From positions 515,097 through 579,096 of the forward strand of contig CBDBKM010000010.1 of NCBI GenBank assembly GCA_965206695.1: a stretch of DNA of 64,000 bases, read 5' to 3'. The notes below the pieces were generated by a model. That model was given only the letters and a program-made list of their open reading frames with translations, searched no databases and was not told the DNA's origin. Both the position numbers and the translations under genes were made by a program. The DNA comes from Chlamydiales bacterium (GTDB lineage Bacteria; Chlamydiota; Chlamydiia; Chlamydiales; JAAZZY01). Below, piece by piece: positions 53,632 to 64,000 of the stretch (the stretch's first letter is position 1; each line of letters begins with the position of its first letter).

Positions 53632-56600
53632 TTATTTCTTTTTTCGTTTTTGAAAAATCTGATGAAATAAGTCATCAACAGAGTTTTGGAGAGGCGTTGT
53701 TTCGTTTTCTTGTTGAACAGGTTTTTGTTCTTTTGTGTTTTGCGGATAAGAGCTTTGTTGATAACCGGATCCTTCAGCTTCCCAAGGAAACTGTTTTTTA
53801 GGAGGGGGAATAGGCTTGCCTCTTCTAAATATAACGTCGAAGACGCCCCCCAATATAGCCTCTTTCTTGCCTCTTGTTTCTTTAGCAATAATAGCGGCAA
53901 TTTGAGCCGTTGCACTTCCCCAATCTATTCGAACATCACTTGATTTTCCTTTCATCGGGATCTGCAGCATGTAATCGGAAGGGAGATTTTTAATACCAAA
54001 GGATTGATAAAGGGGAGGTGGACTGATAGCTAAAGTCATATTTGTTTGTTTATTGAGCAAGTCGGTGTTGCCCCATGTAGCACAATGGATATTTTTAGCT
54101 ATTAGCAAGTCCATTCGATCATAATTTGCTATTCCATCTTGAATTTGAACATTTAAGGGAGTTGACCAAGCTTCCATTTCTTGTAAGGGAGATAAATTTC
54201 TTAATTTCAAGAAATTGACCAATCCTCCTAATACACCCCCATTCTGTAAGGTTAATTTACCCAAGTCAATCCTGAGTTGTTTAACTCTAACAGTTTTAAG
54301 TTTAAAAGGATTTATGGGAATCAAGAAACCTTCTTGATAAATGTTGATGGTGATAGGGTTTTGAGATGAGACAGCAGTGATGAGTAGAGGATTAACTTCT
54401 CTTAATATTTCACGACTAAATGCCGGAGAAATATTTAAAATGAGTGTGGCATCATCTAAAAGTGTTAAGTTATCTTTATTTAATCGCAAGTCAATAGAAC
54501 CTTTTAAATTGGTCGTATCCAACTCAAAATTAATAGGCCCATTTCCATTTTTAAATTGAGCTTGGGCTTTCATATTACAATTTGGTCCTAAAATTGCAGC
54601 TAAATTGGGGAGGTCATCCATCGTGAAGGATAGGAACCTATTAAGCCATAAACTTTCAAAATTTTGAATTTTAGCATTAAGCAACCCTGTGATAGCGTGA
54701 CTATTAAGTTTACCTTTAGCATTAAATAAGTGTTGCATATCTGCATGTATCAATAACTCACCGGTAGGAGCTGTTGGATTATCGGGCTTGAGAAGACTTT
54801 TTAAATCGCATTTTAATGATTCAGCGAAATTGGGAGTGTTGAGATTGATAGAAAATTGATTAAGGATAACTTCTCTTTTTGTCATTCTATCCCGAATATT
54901 AAGGGTATCCATTAAAAGATCTGCTTGAATAGCGGAGTGAGCAGGATCGAATGTATTTTCTTTTTTATTAAATGGGTTAGGCCATTTTAAAGATTGCATA
55001 TTTACTTTTACAGTTGAAGGGTCTTGTAGGATAGGGTTTTTAAAAGCCAATATATGTTTTGGATATAAGGTCTTTTCGTCTAAAAGATGATATAAGATAT
55101 CGAAGGCATCAACTGTAAGATAATAATTAAGAGATAACGGTTGTTTTAAGATAAGATAGTCGGCTATTGCGAAAAGACCGGAGAGGTTAAGTAAAGGGCT
55201 TTTAGCCTTAATAGATATTTCTCCTCTAAACACCTCATCTTGATTAAGAGTTGCATTAAGATTTAAATTTAGGTGTGGGCCTAAAAGCGTTGGCCAATTT
55301 AGATCGATAGAGGTCAATAAACCCATAATGGATGAAGGAAATTGATTTAAATTAAATGCGATATCAAAATTTGCTTGTTTTACGTTTAATTTTTGATCGC
55401 TAAATAAGTTAGTGATATCTCCCTCGACATCTATTTTGCCGGAGTTTTGAGTCTCTCCCATTTGATGAGAGCGAGCATTGAGGTCGAAATGGAATGTATT
55501 TTTATTTGGCTTACGATCAAAGTTAAGAATGATATTATCCAAAACACTTTGTTTAGAAGCGTCTCCTATTATCAGCGAAGATGACAGAATTTTTCCATCT
55601 AATTTAATAGCGCTTAAATCAAAATCTTTTAATGGAATCTTCATGGGTTTAAGCGATATTTTTAGAGAAGAATTTTGTTTAAGAGGAAATGGATAATCAA
55701 AAAAACGGATCATTTCAGGCATTAGCGTATATCTGGCGTCAAGAGGTTCTGTCATTTCAAAGATGGAAGTGTTAATTAAGTTTCCGGTAGTCGAAAATTG
55801 TAGTAACTGACTCGTATATTCTATTTTAACAGGTATAAAAAAAGCGGTAGAGTCACTTAAGTTGAGTTCTTGAATAGCAAGGTCAATCTCTGAACGGTTT
55901 CCGATTATAGGAGTTATAAGCGGCTTAGATTCAGAAAAGCTTAATTGGCTTTGAAGCCTTATTCGTGTAGTAGCTAAAGAAGGAGCTTTGAGGTACACTC
56001 TAGGTTCTATAAAAGTTAGAGCTAACCCCTGCTTAACAGGAGAAAATGCAAGCAAATCGGTTTCCAAATCCATTGTCAGAGCAATAGTATTTTTATCAAA
56101 TTTTTCCCCTTTTTTAGGGAGAAGAAGATGTAGACGTTCTATCGAAGCTTGTAAAATAGTATCATGCTCGAGTCGCAATACCATCTGATCTGATAATTGA
56201 GAAAATGCTTGAGGCTGTAAGCGATATGAAAACTGCATTGGATTTTTTAAATCTACTATAGAAAAGTTAGAGAATATTAATGGCAGACTTTCAATATTTA
56301 AAAAATCAGAAGAAAAATTGATAAAAACGGCGGTATTTTTTTTCGAACCCGTAGCGTTTAAACGTGCATTTGCAATGGGACCGACTAAGGTACTAAATGA
56401 AGAAGAAGAGGCAAAGAAATTATCGAGTATAGGAATGGGAAAATGATTGATTTCCGCCAGAAGATTCATATCCATTTGATCTAATGAACAAGCGCCGGTT
56501 GAGCATAAATGAGATATTTGGCCATCAATATTTAATGAGAAAGGTTGATTGCTTTGATCCGCTACACTTTGGAGATGGATAGTGAGATTCTTTCCCATCT

Positions 56601-57861
56601 CAAAAGAGTCAATAACAGCATTAAACTTTTTCACATTGAAATTGCCAAGGTTCTTAACTTTCTTGAATGAAAGATTTTCGATAGAAAACTGAATATTTGT
56701 CGATAGGCGTTCCAAATCGATTTGTTCTTTTGTATAGGGAAGAGCAAAACGATTGACAATGAATGAAGCGGTAACATTTTGATCTATTGTTATCTGATTA
56801 TCAGGTTGTGTTATTTGAGCTAAGCGATTGACGAGGTTGGGAGTTATCGTTAAAAAAGCAGTTGATGGGCTGTGTAACAAAAATTCACCGTTTGAAGCTT
56901 CTCCTTTAAAATCGGTTTTTAAATATTCAGATTCAGCATAGATATTAAGAGAGGCTATATTTCCTTCAGCTTGTATTTTCAAGGTTGTATTTAACATATC
57001 CCCTAAAGCAGCAAGGATGGTACCTCTTAATTTAGGATAATTTAAGGTTAAAAGATAGTCGAGCCCGGCTACGGGGAGGTTAGTAGCATGCGTATTCAAT
57101 TTAATAAGGCTCGTATTACTTAGATGCAAATGGTGGTCATCTCTTCTATCGATATAAATCTTTCCTTTCGAATCAAATCCTGAAATTTCACCAATGATTT
57201 TGACATTGCCACTTAAAGTTGCTTGTTTAGTCCCGGTATTTAAGAAGAGATATAGAGGACCAAGAATTTCATCAGCTTTGAGAGTTACATCGATATTGGT
57301 GAATTCAACAGGTGATATTTGTGGATTCGATATCTTAATATATCCTTTTTGGATACTAAAATCTCCAACGAAAGGAAGCGTGTACTCAGTAGGTCGTTTT
57401 TCATCTTTTTTAGGTGTAGATACGTTTTCCTTTTTCTTTTTATTGGGGAATAGTGTGTCTGTTAAATTGCTCCCTTTTAAGTCGTAACTAATTAAATCTG
57501 CATGAAGACCTTTTATTTCAGTTGTACCTATATTCATTTTTGAAAAGATCAAAGTAAATAATGAAGCGCTACTTGTAACGCTATCAATTTTTAAGATTTC
57601 AGTTTTTTTGGAATCGTATAACTTGAAATCTGTTATGGATTGGGATGAAAACCAGTTGATATCAACACTTGCGGCTTCGACTCTACCTCGGATTCGATTG
57701 TTAATCATTCTTAACAAAAATCCATGAGATAAGAAGGTGGGAATTAAATAAATGAAAATAATGACGATGAATATAACTATATAGCTACTAAGCCGAACCC
57801 GGCGATACCCGACCCCCCTCCTTTTTTTTGTCTCTCCTGCCACTTTTAAATCCCATCGCAA
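53632..57861 (-). CDS. Large AsmA/TamB-like envelope protein
   Basis: 1409 aa; N-terminal TM followed by a long amphipathic beta-rich region. Confidence 0.6.
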   Translation of the reverse strand: MRWDLKVAGETKKRRGVGYRRVRLSSYIVIFIVIIFIYLIPTFLSHGFLLRMINNRIRGRVEAASVDINWFSSQSITDFKLYDSKKTEILKIDSVTSSASLFTLIFSKMNIGTTEIKGLHADLISYDLKGSNLTDTLFPNKKKKENVSTPKKDEKRPTEYTLPFVGDFSIQKGYIKISNPQISPVEFTNIDVTLKADEILGPLYLFLNTGTKQATLSGNVKIIGEISGFDSKGKIYIDRRDDHHLHLSNTSLIKLNTHATNLPVAGLDYLLTLNYPKLRGTILAALGDMLNTTLKIQAEGNIASLNIYAESEYLKTDFKGEASNGEFLLHSPSTAFLTITPNLVNRLAQITQPDNQITIDQNVTASFIVNRFALPYTKEQIDLERLSTNIQFSIENLSFKKVKNLGNFNVKKFNAVIDSFEMGKNLTIHLQSVADQSNQPFSLNIDGQISHLCSTGACSLDQMDMNLLAEINHFPIPILDNFFASSSSFSTLVGPIANARLNATGSKKNTAVFINFSSDFLNIESLPLIFSNFSIVDLKNPMQFSYRLQPQAFSQLSDQMVLRLEHDTILQASIERLHLLLPKKGEKFDKNTIALTMDLETDLLAFSPVKQGLALTFIEPRVYLKAPSLATTRIRLQSQLSFSESKPLITPIIGNRSEIDLAIQELNLSDSTAFFIPVKIEYTSQLLQFSTTGNLINTSIFEMTEPLDARYTLMPEMIRFFDYPFPLKQNSSLKISLKPMKIPLKDFDLSAIKLDGKILSSSLIIGDASKQSVLDNIILNFDRKPNKNTFHFDLNARSHQMGETQNSGKIDVEGDITNLFSDQKLNVKQANFDIAFNLNQFPSSIMGLLTSIDLNWPTLLGPHLNLNLNATLNQDEVFRGEISIKAKSPLLNLSGLFAIADYLILKQPLSLNYYLTVDAFDILYHLLDEKTLYPKHILAFKNPILQDPSTVKVNMQSLKWPNPFNKKENTFDPAHSAIQADLLMDTLNIRDRMTKREVILNQFSINLNTPNFAESLKCDLKSLLKPDNPTAPTGELLIHADMQHLFNAKGKLNSHAITGLLNAKIQNFESLWLNRFLSFTMDDLPNLAAILGPNCNMKAQAQFKNGNGPINFELDTTNLKGSIDLRLNKDNLTLLDDATLILNISPAFSREILREVNPLLITAVSSQNPITINIYQEGFLIPINPFKLKTVRVKQLRIDLGKLTLQNGGVLGGLVNFLKLRNLSPLQEMEAWSTPLNVQIQDGIANYDRMDLLIAKNIHCATWGNTDLLNKQTNMTLAISPPPLYQSFGIKNLPSDYMLQIPMKGKSSDVRIDWGSATAQIAAIIAKETRGKKEAILGGVFDVIFRRGKPIPPPKKQFPWEAEGSGYQQSSYPQNTKEQKPVQQENETTPLQNSVDDLFHQIFQKRKKK

Positions 57862-58191
57862 TCTAAAAATAGGTTAGTGTAGGAGATATTACAAGAATTT
57901 ACAAACTATTTTTAGGTAAAAATCAACAGAACTATTGTGTAAAAGAGCTATGAAGTATTATTTATAATATTTTTTTAAAAAAGCCGCATTCATTTAGTTC
58001 TTCTACATTAGGGAATATGTTATTAGACCCACAGACGACCTCCCGTTAACCCTCGAGGTTATAATATAAAAAGAACTAAATACTTACGGTTTTATTAAAA
58101 CTTTTTAACAATATAATATTATTAAATAACTGCCATCTGCTATTATTTATTATAGCAATTATATTTATATACTTCAATTATAATTATTGAT

Positions 58192-58623
58192 TTAATTATG
58201 AGCTATTTTGAATCGGAAGATCACCTGATTTCCTTTTTGGATTGTATGGGCTTGACAGAAGCCGGCATTAACTTCTAAGACATATTTAGCCGGTTTATTT
58301 GAGCTAATTGATTGAATGGAGTGAGGGTGGCCTTGAAGGATATCTATAATATTCTTATCAGAATTTATATATATAATATCCAATGGGATAAGTGTATTTT
58401 TCATCCAGAAGGAATACAAGCCCGGTTTATCAAAGATAAAGAGCATGCCTTTATAAGAAGAAAGCTCCTTATAACCCATTAACCCTCTTTGCCTTTCCTT
58501 AGAAGTTAAGGCTACTTCAACATATAAGGGGATTTTTTCTTCTCCATTATCAATATGAATAATTATTTTTGAGAAAGAAGAAAGAGTAAAAAATAATAAG
58601 AATAGAATACAGCCTTTAAACAT
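58192..58623 (-). CDS. DUF192 family protein
   Basis: VEVA...RQRGLM...GMLFIF...FWMKNTLIPLDIIYI...YVLEVNAG. Confidence 0.9.
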   Translation of the reverse strand: MFKGCILFLLFFTLSSFSKIIIHIDNGEEKIPLYVEVALTSKERQRGLMGYKELSSYKGMLFIFDKPGLYSFWMKNTLIPLDIIYINSDKNIIDILQGHPHSIQSISSNKPAKYVLEVNAGFCQAHTIQKGNQVIFRFKIAHN

Positions 58624-58702
58624 ATTTTTTAATTGAATATTGTTTAAAGAAAAAAATTTATCCTTCTATTGAAAAAAATAGAAGAATAAATAATATTTTG
58701 AT

Positions 58703-59179
58703 CTAAAAATTTTGTTGATCCATAAAATTCTCATAAATAAATCCGGTAACGAGCGCAGCGACGAAATGGCCGGATAATTGAGGATAGCTCATGTCTTTTA
58801 GCAGGAATTGATGAGTAGCATAGATTAATCCAAAAACCACTACAGCTAATGTAGGAGTCTTTACCCAATTGAATAAACTCCAACGGGTGATTTTTTTAAA
58901 ATCGAACTGCAAGATGTTTTTTCCATCCACTAAACATTTACTTGCTTCACCAAGTGTATAAGCGCTTAGAGATCGAATCCCATGTAAAGCAGCTTGGAGA
59001 GTGGCTCCACCGGTTATCCATTTTCCTGTTTCTTCCGAAATTATTGGGCTCATTGTTTCAGTTACAGTATTAACTATTGATGGGATATAAGTTATAGTTG
59101 TGTCTACAGCAGACATGATCGCGGAGGTTGCTGCTCCTCCGGCCCATACCAGTCCATTTCCTATATTTTGAAGAGTCAT
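58703..59179 (-). CDS. Hypothetical membrane protein
   Basis: 158 aa with C-terminal hydrophobic segments. Confidence 0.55.
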   Translation of the reverse strand: MTLQNIGNGLVWAGGAATSAIMSAVDTTITYIPSIVNTVTETMSPIISEETGKWITGGATLQAALHGIRSLSAYTLGEASKCLVDGKNILQFDFKKITRWSLFNWVKTPTLAVVVFGLIYATHQFLLKDMSYPQLSGHFVAALVTGFIYENFMDQQNF

Positions 59180-59342
59180 AATTATTACCTATTTTTTAAT
59201 TATAATTATTATATTGATATTGTTTGTCTACAATATATTCTATTTAAATTTTACTAAATTTATAATTAATTTTAAACATATATTATATTAATATATGTTT
59301 ATTAGTATAATAAATGAAGTTTGCCTGTTGTTTTAAAAAGAA

Positions 59343-59375
59343 AACCCTAACTGTAATGGATACAGATTAGGGTTA
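59343..59375 (-). terminator. Intrinsic terminator
   Basis: AACCCTAACTGTA-ATGGA-TACAGATTAGGGTT hairpin just past the stop of 59383-60117, with a T-rich tail on the minus strand. Confidence 0.6.
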
Positions 59376-59382
59376 AAAAAGA

Positions 59383-60117
59383 TTATAATACTTTGACTGT
59401 ATGTGGATTCAAAAAATTTGATGATGAATTTTGAAAAAAAGCGGTTATTTTAGAGGCTAGATTAGATGTTCCTTTAAATACAAAAGATACAGCTGAGAGA
59501 ATCAGGCTTGCACCACTATAGAGATAACCGGTCTTGTCAGTTTCCGGTTTAATTCCGACTATTTTATTTTGTAATCTCTTAGCTTCTATTTTAACCTGTC
59601 TCTCTTCTGTTGCTTTGGCTTCTTTTAAGGTCCTAACATTCTTATCGATAGCCTCTTTAGCTGTAAGATCTACCTCTGTTAGGCGATTTCTTATATCGAT
59701 TAAATCCAATACTTGCTTGCGACCTTGAGGAACAACCTCTCTTGATTCCTTTTTTAGAGGAGTACATTTTATACGTACTTCTTCAGGCGTGTGTGTTTTA
59801 GCAAGGAGACTTAATTGATCAATGTTTTTTGAAAAGACCTCAACTTGATTCTGTGTGGGTTTCTGATAAATTGTATCAAAAGCAATAACAAGGTAATCTA
59901 CTGAGTCATTAAAAGTTTTAATATTATAGGCAGTTAGTGGTGGAGCATACTTAAGGATAGTTGCCATATTTCCGATTATAGCACTACCTTCTGCCTTAAT
60001 ATAATTATCAAGAGAGCAAGCATTTATTAAATCATTTCGTATATCTTTTTCCCAACTTTTAACGATTGTTAAAAAATTATTTATACGACCGGGTAAAGAA
60101 CCAATTATTGATGCCAT
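59383..60117 (-). CDS. Hypothetical protein (coiled-coil, C-terminal hydrophobic patch)
   Basis: 244-aa ORF followed by a terminator. Confidence 0.55.
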   Translation of the reverse strand: MASIIGSLPGRINNFLTIVKSWEKDIRNDLINACSLDNYIKAEGSAIIGNMATILKYAPPLTAYNIKTFNDSVDYLVIAFDTIYQKPTQNQVEVFSKNIDQLSLLAKTHTPEEVRIKCTPLKKESREVVPQGRKQVLDLIDIRNRLTEVDLTAKEAIDKNVRTLKEAKATEERQVKIEAKRLQNKIVGIKPETDKTGYLYSGASLILSAVSFVFKGTSNLASKITAFFQNSSSNFLNPHTVKVL

Positions 60118-60233
60118 AAATATAAAATATTGTTGGTTTTTGGTTAATTAAGTTATAAATAAACGACATAATTAATGCTACTAAAATGCGTCTTTTTTAG
60201 ATTAATAAACTAAATGTTTAAGAATAATTATAA

Positions 60234-61706
60234 TTATTCTGTATCAGCATGAAGGGTATTATGATGGATAGTTGGCATCCAATGCGGTTTTCTAAAGGCA
60301 TGAATAATAAAAGGAATAATAAATAGTATTATAATACTAATAAATAAGGATAATTCATAGGCGAATACATTTTGAATATCTAGTTGAGCAGGAGGAAAAA
60401 AGCCTAGAATTGTACCAAAAAGAGAGGTTAGTGCACCAACACCGGCGATAAACCACATCCCTAAATTACCTTCTGAAACTCGATACTTACGATAGACCTT
60501 TGGTTTAGTGTATCGTAATCGAATAGCAGAAATGAACATCATGAAATACATGATTAAATAAATTTGTGCACTTAGGGCAATCAATATCCAATAAGAGATA
60601 CTTAGTGTGGGCAGATAAATAATGATAATAGCAGTGATGGAAACAATAAGAGCTTGGAAAATCATTAAATTGACCGGAACGCCTTCTTTATTGATTCGCT
60701 GGAAAATAGGCGGAAGGTTACCATGTCTTGCGGTAACAAAAAGTCCTTTTGATGGTCCGGCAATCCAGGCATTGAGTTCACCTATGGCTCCTATGACAAT
60801 TAAAAACGCAACGACAGATGTTAGCCAATTGAGATTATAGATTGAAAAAATTTCGGCAAATGCTTCCATGACACCTGCAACTAAACTAATGTTTTTTTGA
60901 GGTAAGACCAAGGCTATGGCTAAGGATCCTAAGATAAATAAAATTAAAGTAAAAAAAGCAGATAAAAAGATGGCTTTCGGAAAGTTTTTTTTTGGGTTTT
61001 TAACTTCTTTAGCATGAACCGCAGTAACTTCTAAACCTGCAAAAGCTAACAACATACCCGTAAGAAATACGATATTTCTAAAATCGGACAAGTCAGGGAT
61101 AAAATCTATTGGTTGGAAAGAAAGATAGTTTGTTTGGCCACTTCCAAACCAGATGAAGCCTAATACAATGATTAGGAATCCCGGTAAAATAGAACCGATG
61201 ATGACTGCGAGTGAACTAAACCAACCCGAGGTTTTAAGACCTAAAAAATTAAAAAGAGTGATGCTCCAAAAACCGACTAAAATGACAGTTAAGATATAGG
61301 TTTTATTTGTAACAAGATGATGCGCTCCCATTCCATAAGCTAACGTTGCAGCTACAAATGCAAGCATGGCGGGATACCAAGGGATGTTGTGCACCCACTG
61401 TAGCCAGACAGCAACGAATCCCCAACGGTCACCAAAAGCTTCTCTTACCCAAATATAAACACCCCCTGCTTTAGGCCAACCGGTTGCAAGTTCAGCCGCG
61501 ACAAGAGCAGTAGGTATGATGAAAACAATAGCAACGATAAGGTAGTAAGCAATGGAAGCTGTTGCATATTGAGCCACTAAAGGTAAATTCCTAAGGCTTG
61601 TAATAATTGCCATGTTTAAAGTGGCTAATACGAAGATACCTAAAACTCTATGGGGTGCTACTGAGGCATGATGGTGTTCATTAGGAGACTTTGCTTTCAT
61701 ATTCAA
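60234..61706 (-). CDS. APC-family amino acid permease (GadC/XasA-like)
   Basis: SLRNLP, AELATGWPKAGGVYIWVREAFG, FAGLE, NPKKNFPKAI, WIAGPSKGL. Confidence 0.9.
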   Translation of the reverse strand: MNMKAKSPNEHHHASVAPHRVLGIFVLATLNMAIITSLRNLPLVAQYATASIAYYLIVAIVFIIPTALVAAELATGWPKAGGVYIWVREAFGDRWGFVAVWLQWVHNIPWYPAMLAFVAATLAYGMGAHHLVTNKTYILTVILVGFWSITLFNFLGLKTSGWFSSLAVIIGSILPGFLIIVLGFIWFGSGQTNYLSFQPIDFIPDLSDFRNIVFLTGMLLAFAGLEVTAVHAKEVKNPKKNFPKAIFLSAFFTLILFILGSLAIALVLPQKNISLVAGVMEAFAEIFSIYNLNWLTSVVAFLIVIGAIGELNAWIAGPSKGLFVTARHGNLPPIFQRINKEGVPVNLMIFQALIVSITAIIIIYLPTLSISYWILIALSAQIYLIMYFMMFISAIRLRYTKPKVYRKYRVSEGNLGMWFIAGVGALTSLFGTILGFFPPAQLDIQNVFAYELSLFISIIILFIIPFIIHAFRKPHWMPTIHHNTLHADTE

Positions 61707-61787
61707 GTATTAGATTAATTAAAAATTTGACATTCTATATCAATTAGATAATAAGGTAAAGAATAACAAGTTTAAATATAATATAGA

Positions 61788-63686
61788 ACCCAAGTTCGAT
61801 GTAACTAAATATTTAATTTAGAGAATCCATAGGCCAAGACAAAACCTATAACTTTAATCATAAAACCTCTAGATGTAACGGCTTTGATAGCTCTTGGCAT
61901 AAGCTGAGTGATTAAGTTAATAGAGGTTTTTATAGATTTTCCGACTCTCTTGAGGATTCCATAATCTTTAAATGATAGCCCTTCCTTAGGGTTGCTCCTT
62001 TTTACCGTAATGAGCTCAATCTGATCTTGTTCTAATTCCGCTTTATGTGACTGCCTTAAATAGGCAGCATCTCCCACTAATTGAGAGTTTTTAAGGAGAG
62101 GATCGAGAGAACTTTTCCTTAAAATTTTTAAATCGTGCCAAGAGGCAGGAGCCGGATTTAAAGATACGGGCGTACCATACTCACAAGTGATTAATGATGC
62201 TTTATAACCATAAAAATATTTCTTTTTGCTCGCATTAAAGCCATGATACTCTTTTCCTTTAATTAGCTTAGAACGCCGGATACGAACGTTTTTGCAGACT
62301 TGAACAGGAAATGAATCCACGATAAAACATTGATGCGATTTCAGAGGCGCGTAACGCCTCATAAATCAAAGGTATTTGATGTATTCTTTCGTTCAATCGG
62401 TTAATGCTAAGCATATCGGGCATATAACCATGTTCCAACAGGAAGTTTCCGGCTTGAGTAATATTGCCTCCAAAAAAACTGAGTGGCAACAATTAAAGAA
62501 GTCATGACTTCTGAGTCTTTCATTTTTTTATTGTGCCATGCTATAGTGTTTAATTCGTTTAAATAGTCATCACAAATACAATAGATGGCGCATATTTCAA
62601 GCTTCATGGCTTCCTCCTTTAACTGGTATGTTTTGCAAAAAACAACTATATTTGAAGGAAGGAGCCTTTTTCTTTTAGATCTTTTTCAAATAATTAATTG
62701 AATATCGAAAATGTTATTATGAGTTAGTTATAGTCATTTAATTTTACATTGATAAGATTGCTTGATCAATGGCGAATTTAAAATTCGTAACTTTTCGTAA
62801 TATCTCTCTAACTTTATTTTTCATATTAGCCCAATATTTTTCTATAGGATTTAAGTCCGGAGAATATGGAGGAAGAAACATAAGCTTACAACCGGCAGAT
62901 TCTACTGTTTTCCTGCTTTCCGCTGACTTGTGAAAACCTGCATTGTCAAGAATAAGAACACTACCGGGTGTAAGCTGAGGAGTCAAAACTTCCTTAAGCC
63001 AAATATTGAATAACCCGGTATTACAAGTACCTTCAAAACACATTGGAGACAAAAACTGCCCTTTAGATAGGGCTGAAATAATATTTTGCCTTATAAAGCG
63101 GTTTCCTGAAACCGCTCCAAAAACTTTTTTGCCGCGTAAGCTTCTTCCGGACTCACGAAATAAAAATTGATGAATCCCGGTTTCATCGAGATAAATTCTC
63201 TTGTCAAAGGGAATATTTTTTAAATCTTTCATAAAAGCTTCCCGTTTCTTTTCATCTCTTTCCTTATAGCGAGTAGTTTTTTTTTTTCGTGTAATTTTTA
63301 ATCTTTTAAGGGCATAAAAAATCGTTTTGCGGGAGTGACTGAAAAATAATCAGCAATTTCCGATAAAAAATAATCCGGATGTTTTTCTACATATTTAGAT
63401 AACAACTCATCATCTAATTTCTTATAAGCATATTTTCTGCGGATTGGCTTTAAATGTCCTTTTTGCTTTTTTTTGCAAGATCCATCGATATATTGTTGCG
63501 ATACCTACTTGAAAAATATGGCCGGCTGTTTTTTTATCATGATGTTTTTCTATATGTTGTCATACTTTCTCTCGGAGATCTACTGAATAGGCTCTAGGCA
63601 TTGTTTTGTCCTTATTGTTTGTTATAAAAAAAGAAGGATAACATATTATCAAATAAAAATTAAAGTACTATACATCGAATTTGGGT
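61788..63686 (-). mobile_element. IS982-family element (frameshifted transposase 61805-62607), left TIR interrupted by IS630
   Basis: TIRs ACCCAAGTTCGATGTA / ACCCAAATTCGATGTA; 6-bp duplication TATAGA (61782-61787 / 63687-63692); IVDSFPV, YFYGYK, LVGDAAY motifs. Confidence 0.9.
62729..63672 (-). mobile_element. IS630-family element, copy 5 (TGA in orfA, A11, extra indels)
   Basis: Both ends present with TA duplication; orfB 62744-63232. Confidence 0.93.
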
Positions 63687-63700
63687 TATAGAGAAATCTT

Positions 63701-64000
63701 TGAATGAGATTCAGGATACCGGAAATTAAAAAAAAAGTGCCGGATTTTAGCTGCAATGATCGGCACTATTTTCATGGTCTTTGTTGATCAAACAGTTTTA
63801 CCTGTCGCTCTGCCAACGATTGCTGCTCTTGTTTTATTTGGCGGCTACACTTCTGATTGTTTTTGGCCGCCGCCGAATCTTTTGCTGAGGGATGCTAATT
63901 TTTGCAATAGCGTTAGCCTTGTTTGGCAAGATCATAAGCCTCCCACACGAACCAAGGTTTAGGAGCTGCCCTAAGGATGCCGTCTCCGAGATACCTTTCC
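63701..64000 (+). pseudogene. DHA2-type MFS transporter fragment, degraded
   Basis: FMVFVDQTVLPVALPTI...LFGGYTSDCF(GRRRIF), with an internal deletion and frameshift. Confidence 0.6.

Noticed and set aside
1..64000. tRNA/rRNA genes and short antisense ORFs within housekeeping genes
   Set aside because: No cloverleaf or rRNA-like sequence recognised by eye; the short overlapping ORFs are shadows of well-supported genes.

Overview
AT-rich bacterial DNA, most likely from an environmental, host-associated chlamydia (Chlamydiota). This is inferred from the rpmG-lolC/E-lolD order with a long LolC/E, class I fbaB, a GadC-like permease and Inc-like orphan genes. Housekeeping blocks are lolCD/rpmG/tsaD/pgl, a classical menaquinone operon menG-F-D-H-B-A-C-E, fbaB, guaB-like/ychJ/AKR, an RND efflux operon and an AsmA/TamB-like gene. 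They are interspersed with many insertion sequences: five full IS630 copies, four IS30, and IS982, IS5, IS4 and IS200/IS605 remnants, often nested. Several pseudogenes are also present. The standout is a 673-aa protein (37066-39087, -) with 12 nearly identical pentatricopeptide (PPR) repeats that vary at the RNA-recognition code positions, followed by an Smr-like domain. It is a candidate sequence-specific RNA-binding/cleaving effector and is bracketed by a ~430-bp direct duplication. Also notable: three TnpB omegaRNA-like scaffolds (two in tandem) and a P4/PICI-like origin with inverted iteron clusters next to a helicase remnant. All calls are by eye, without database searches.
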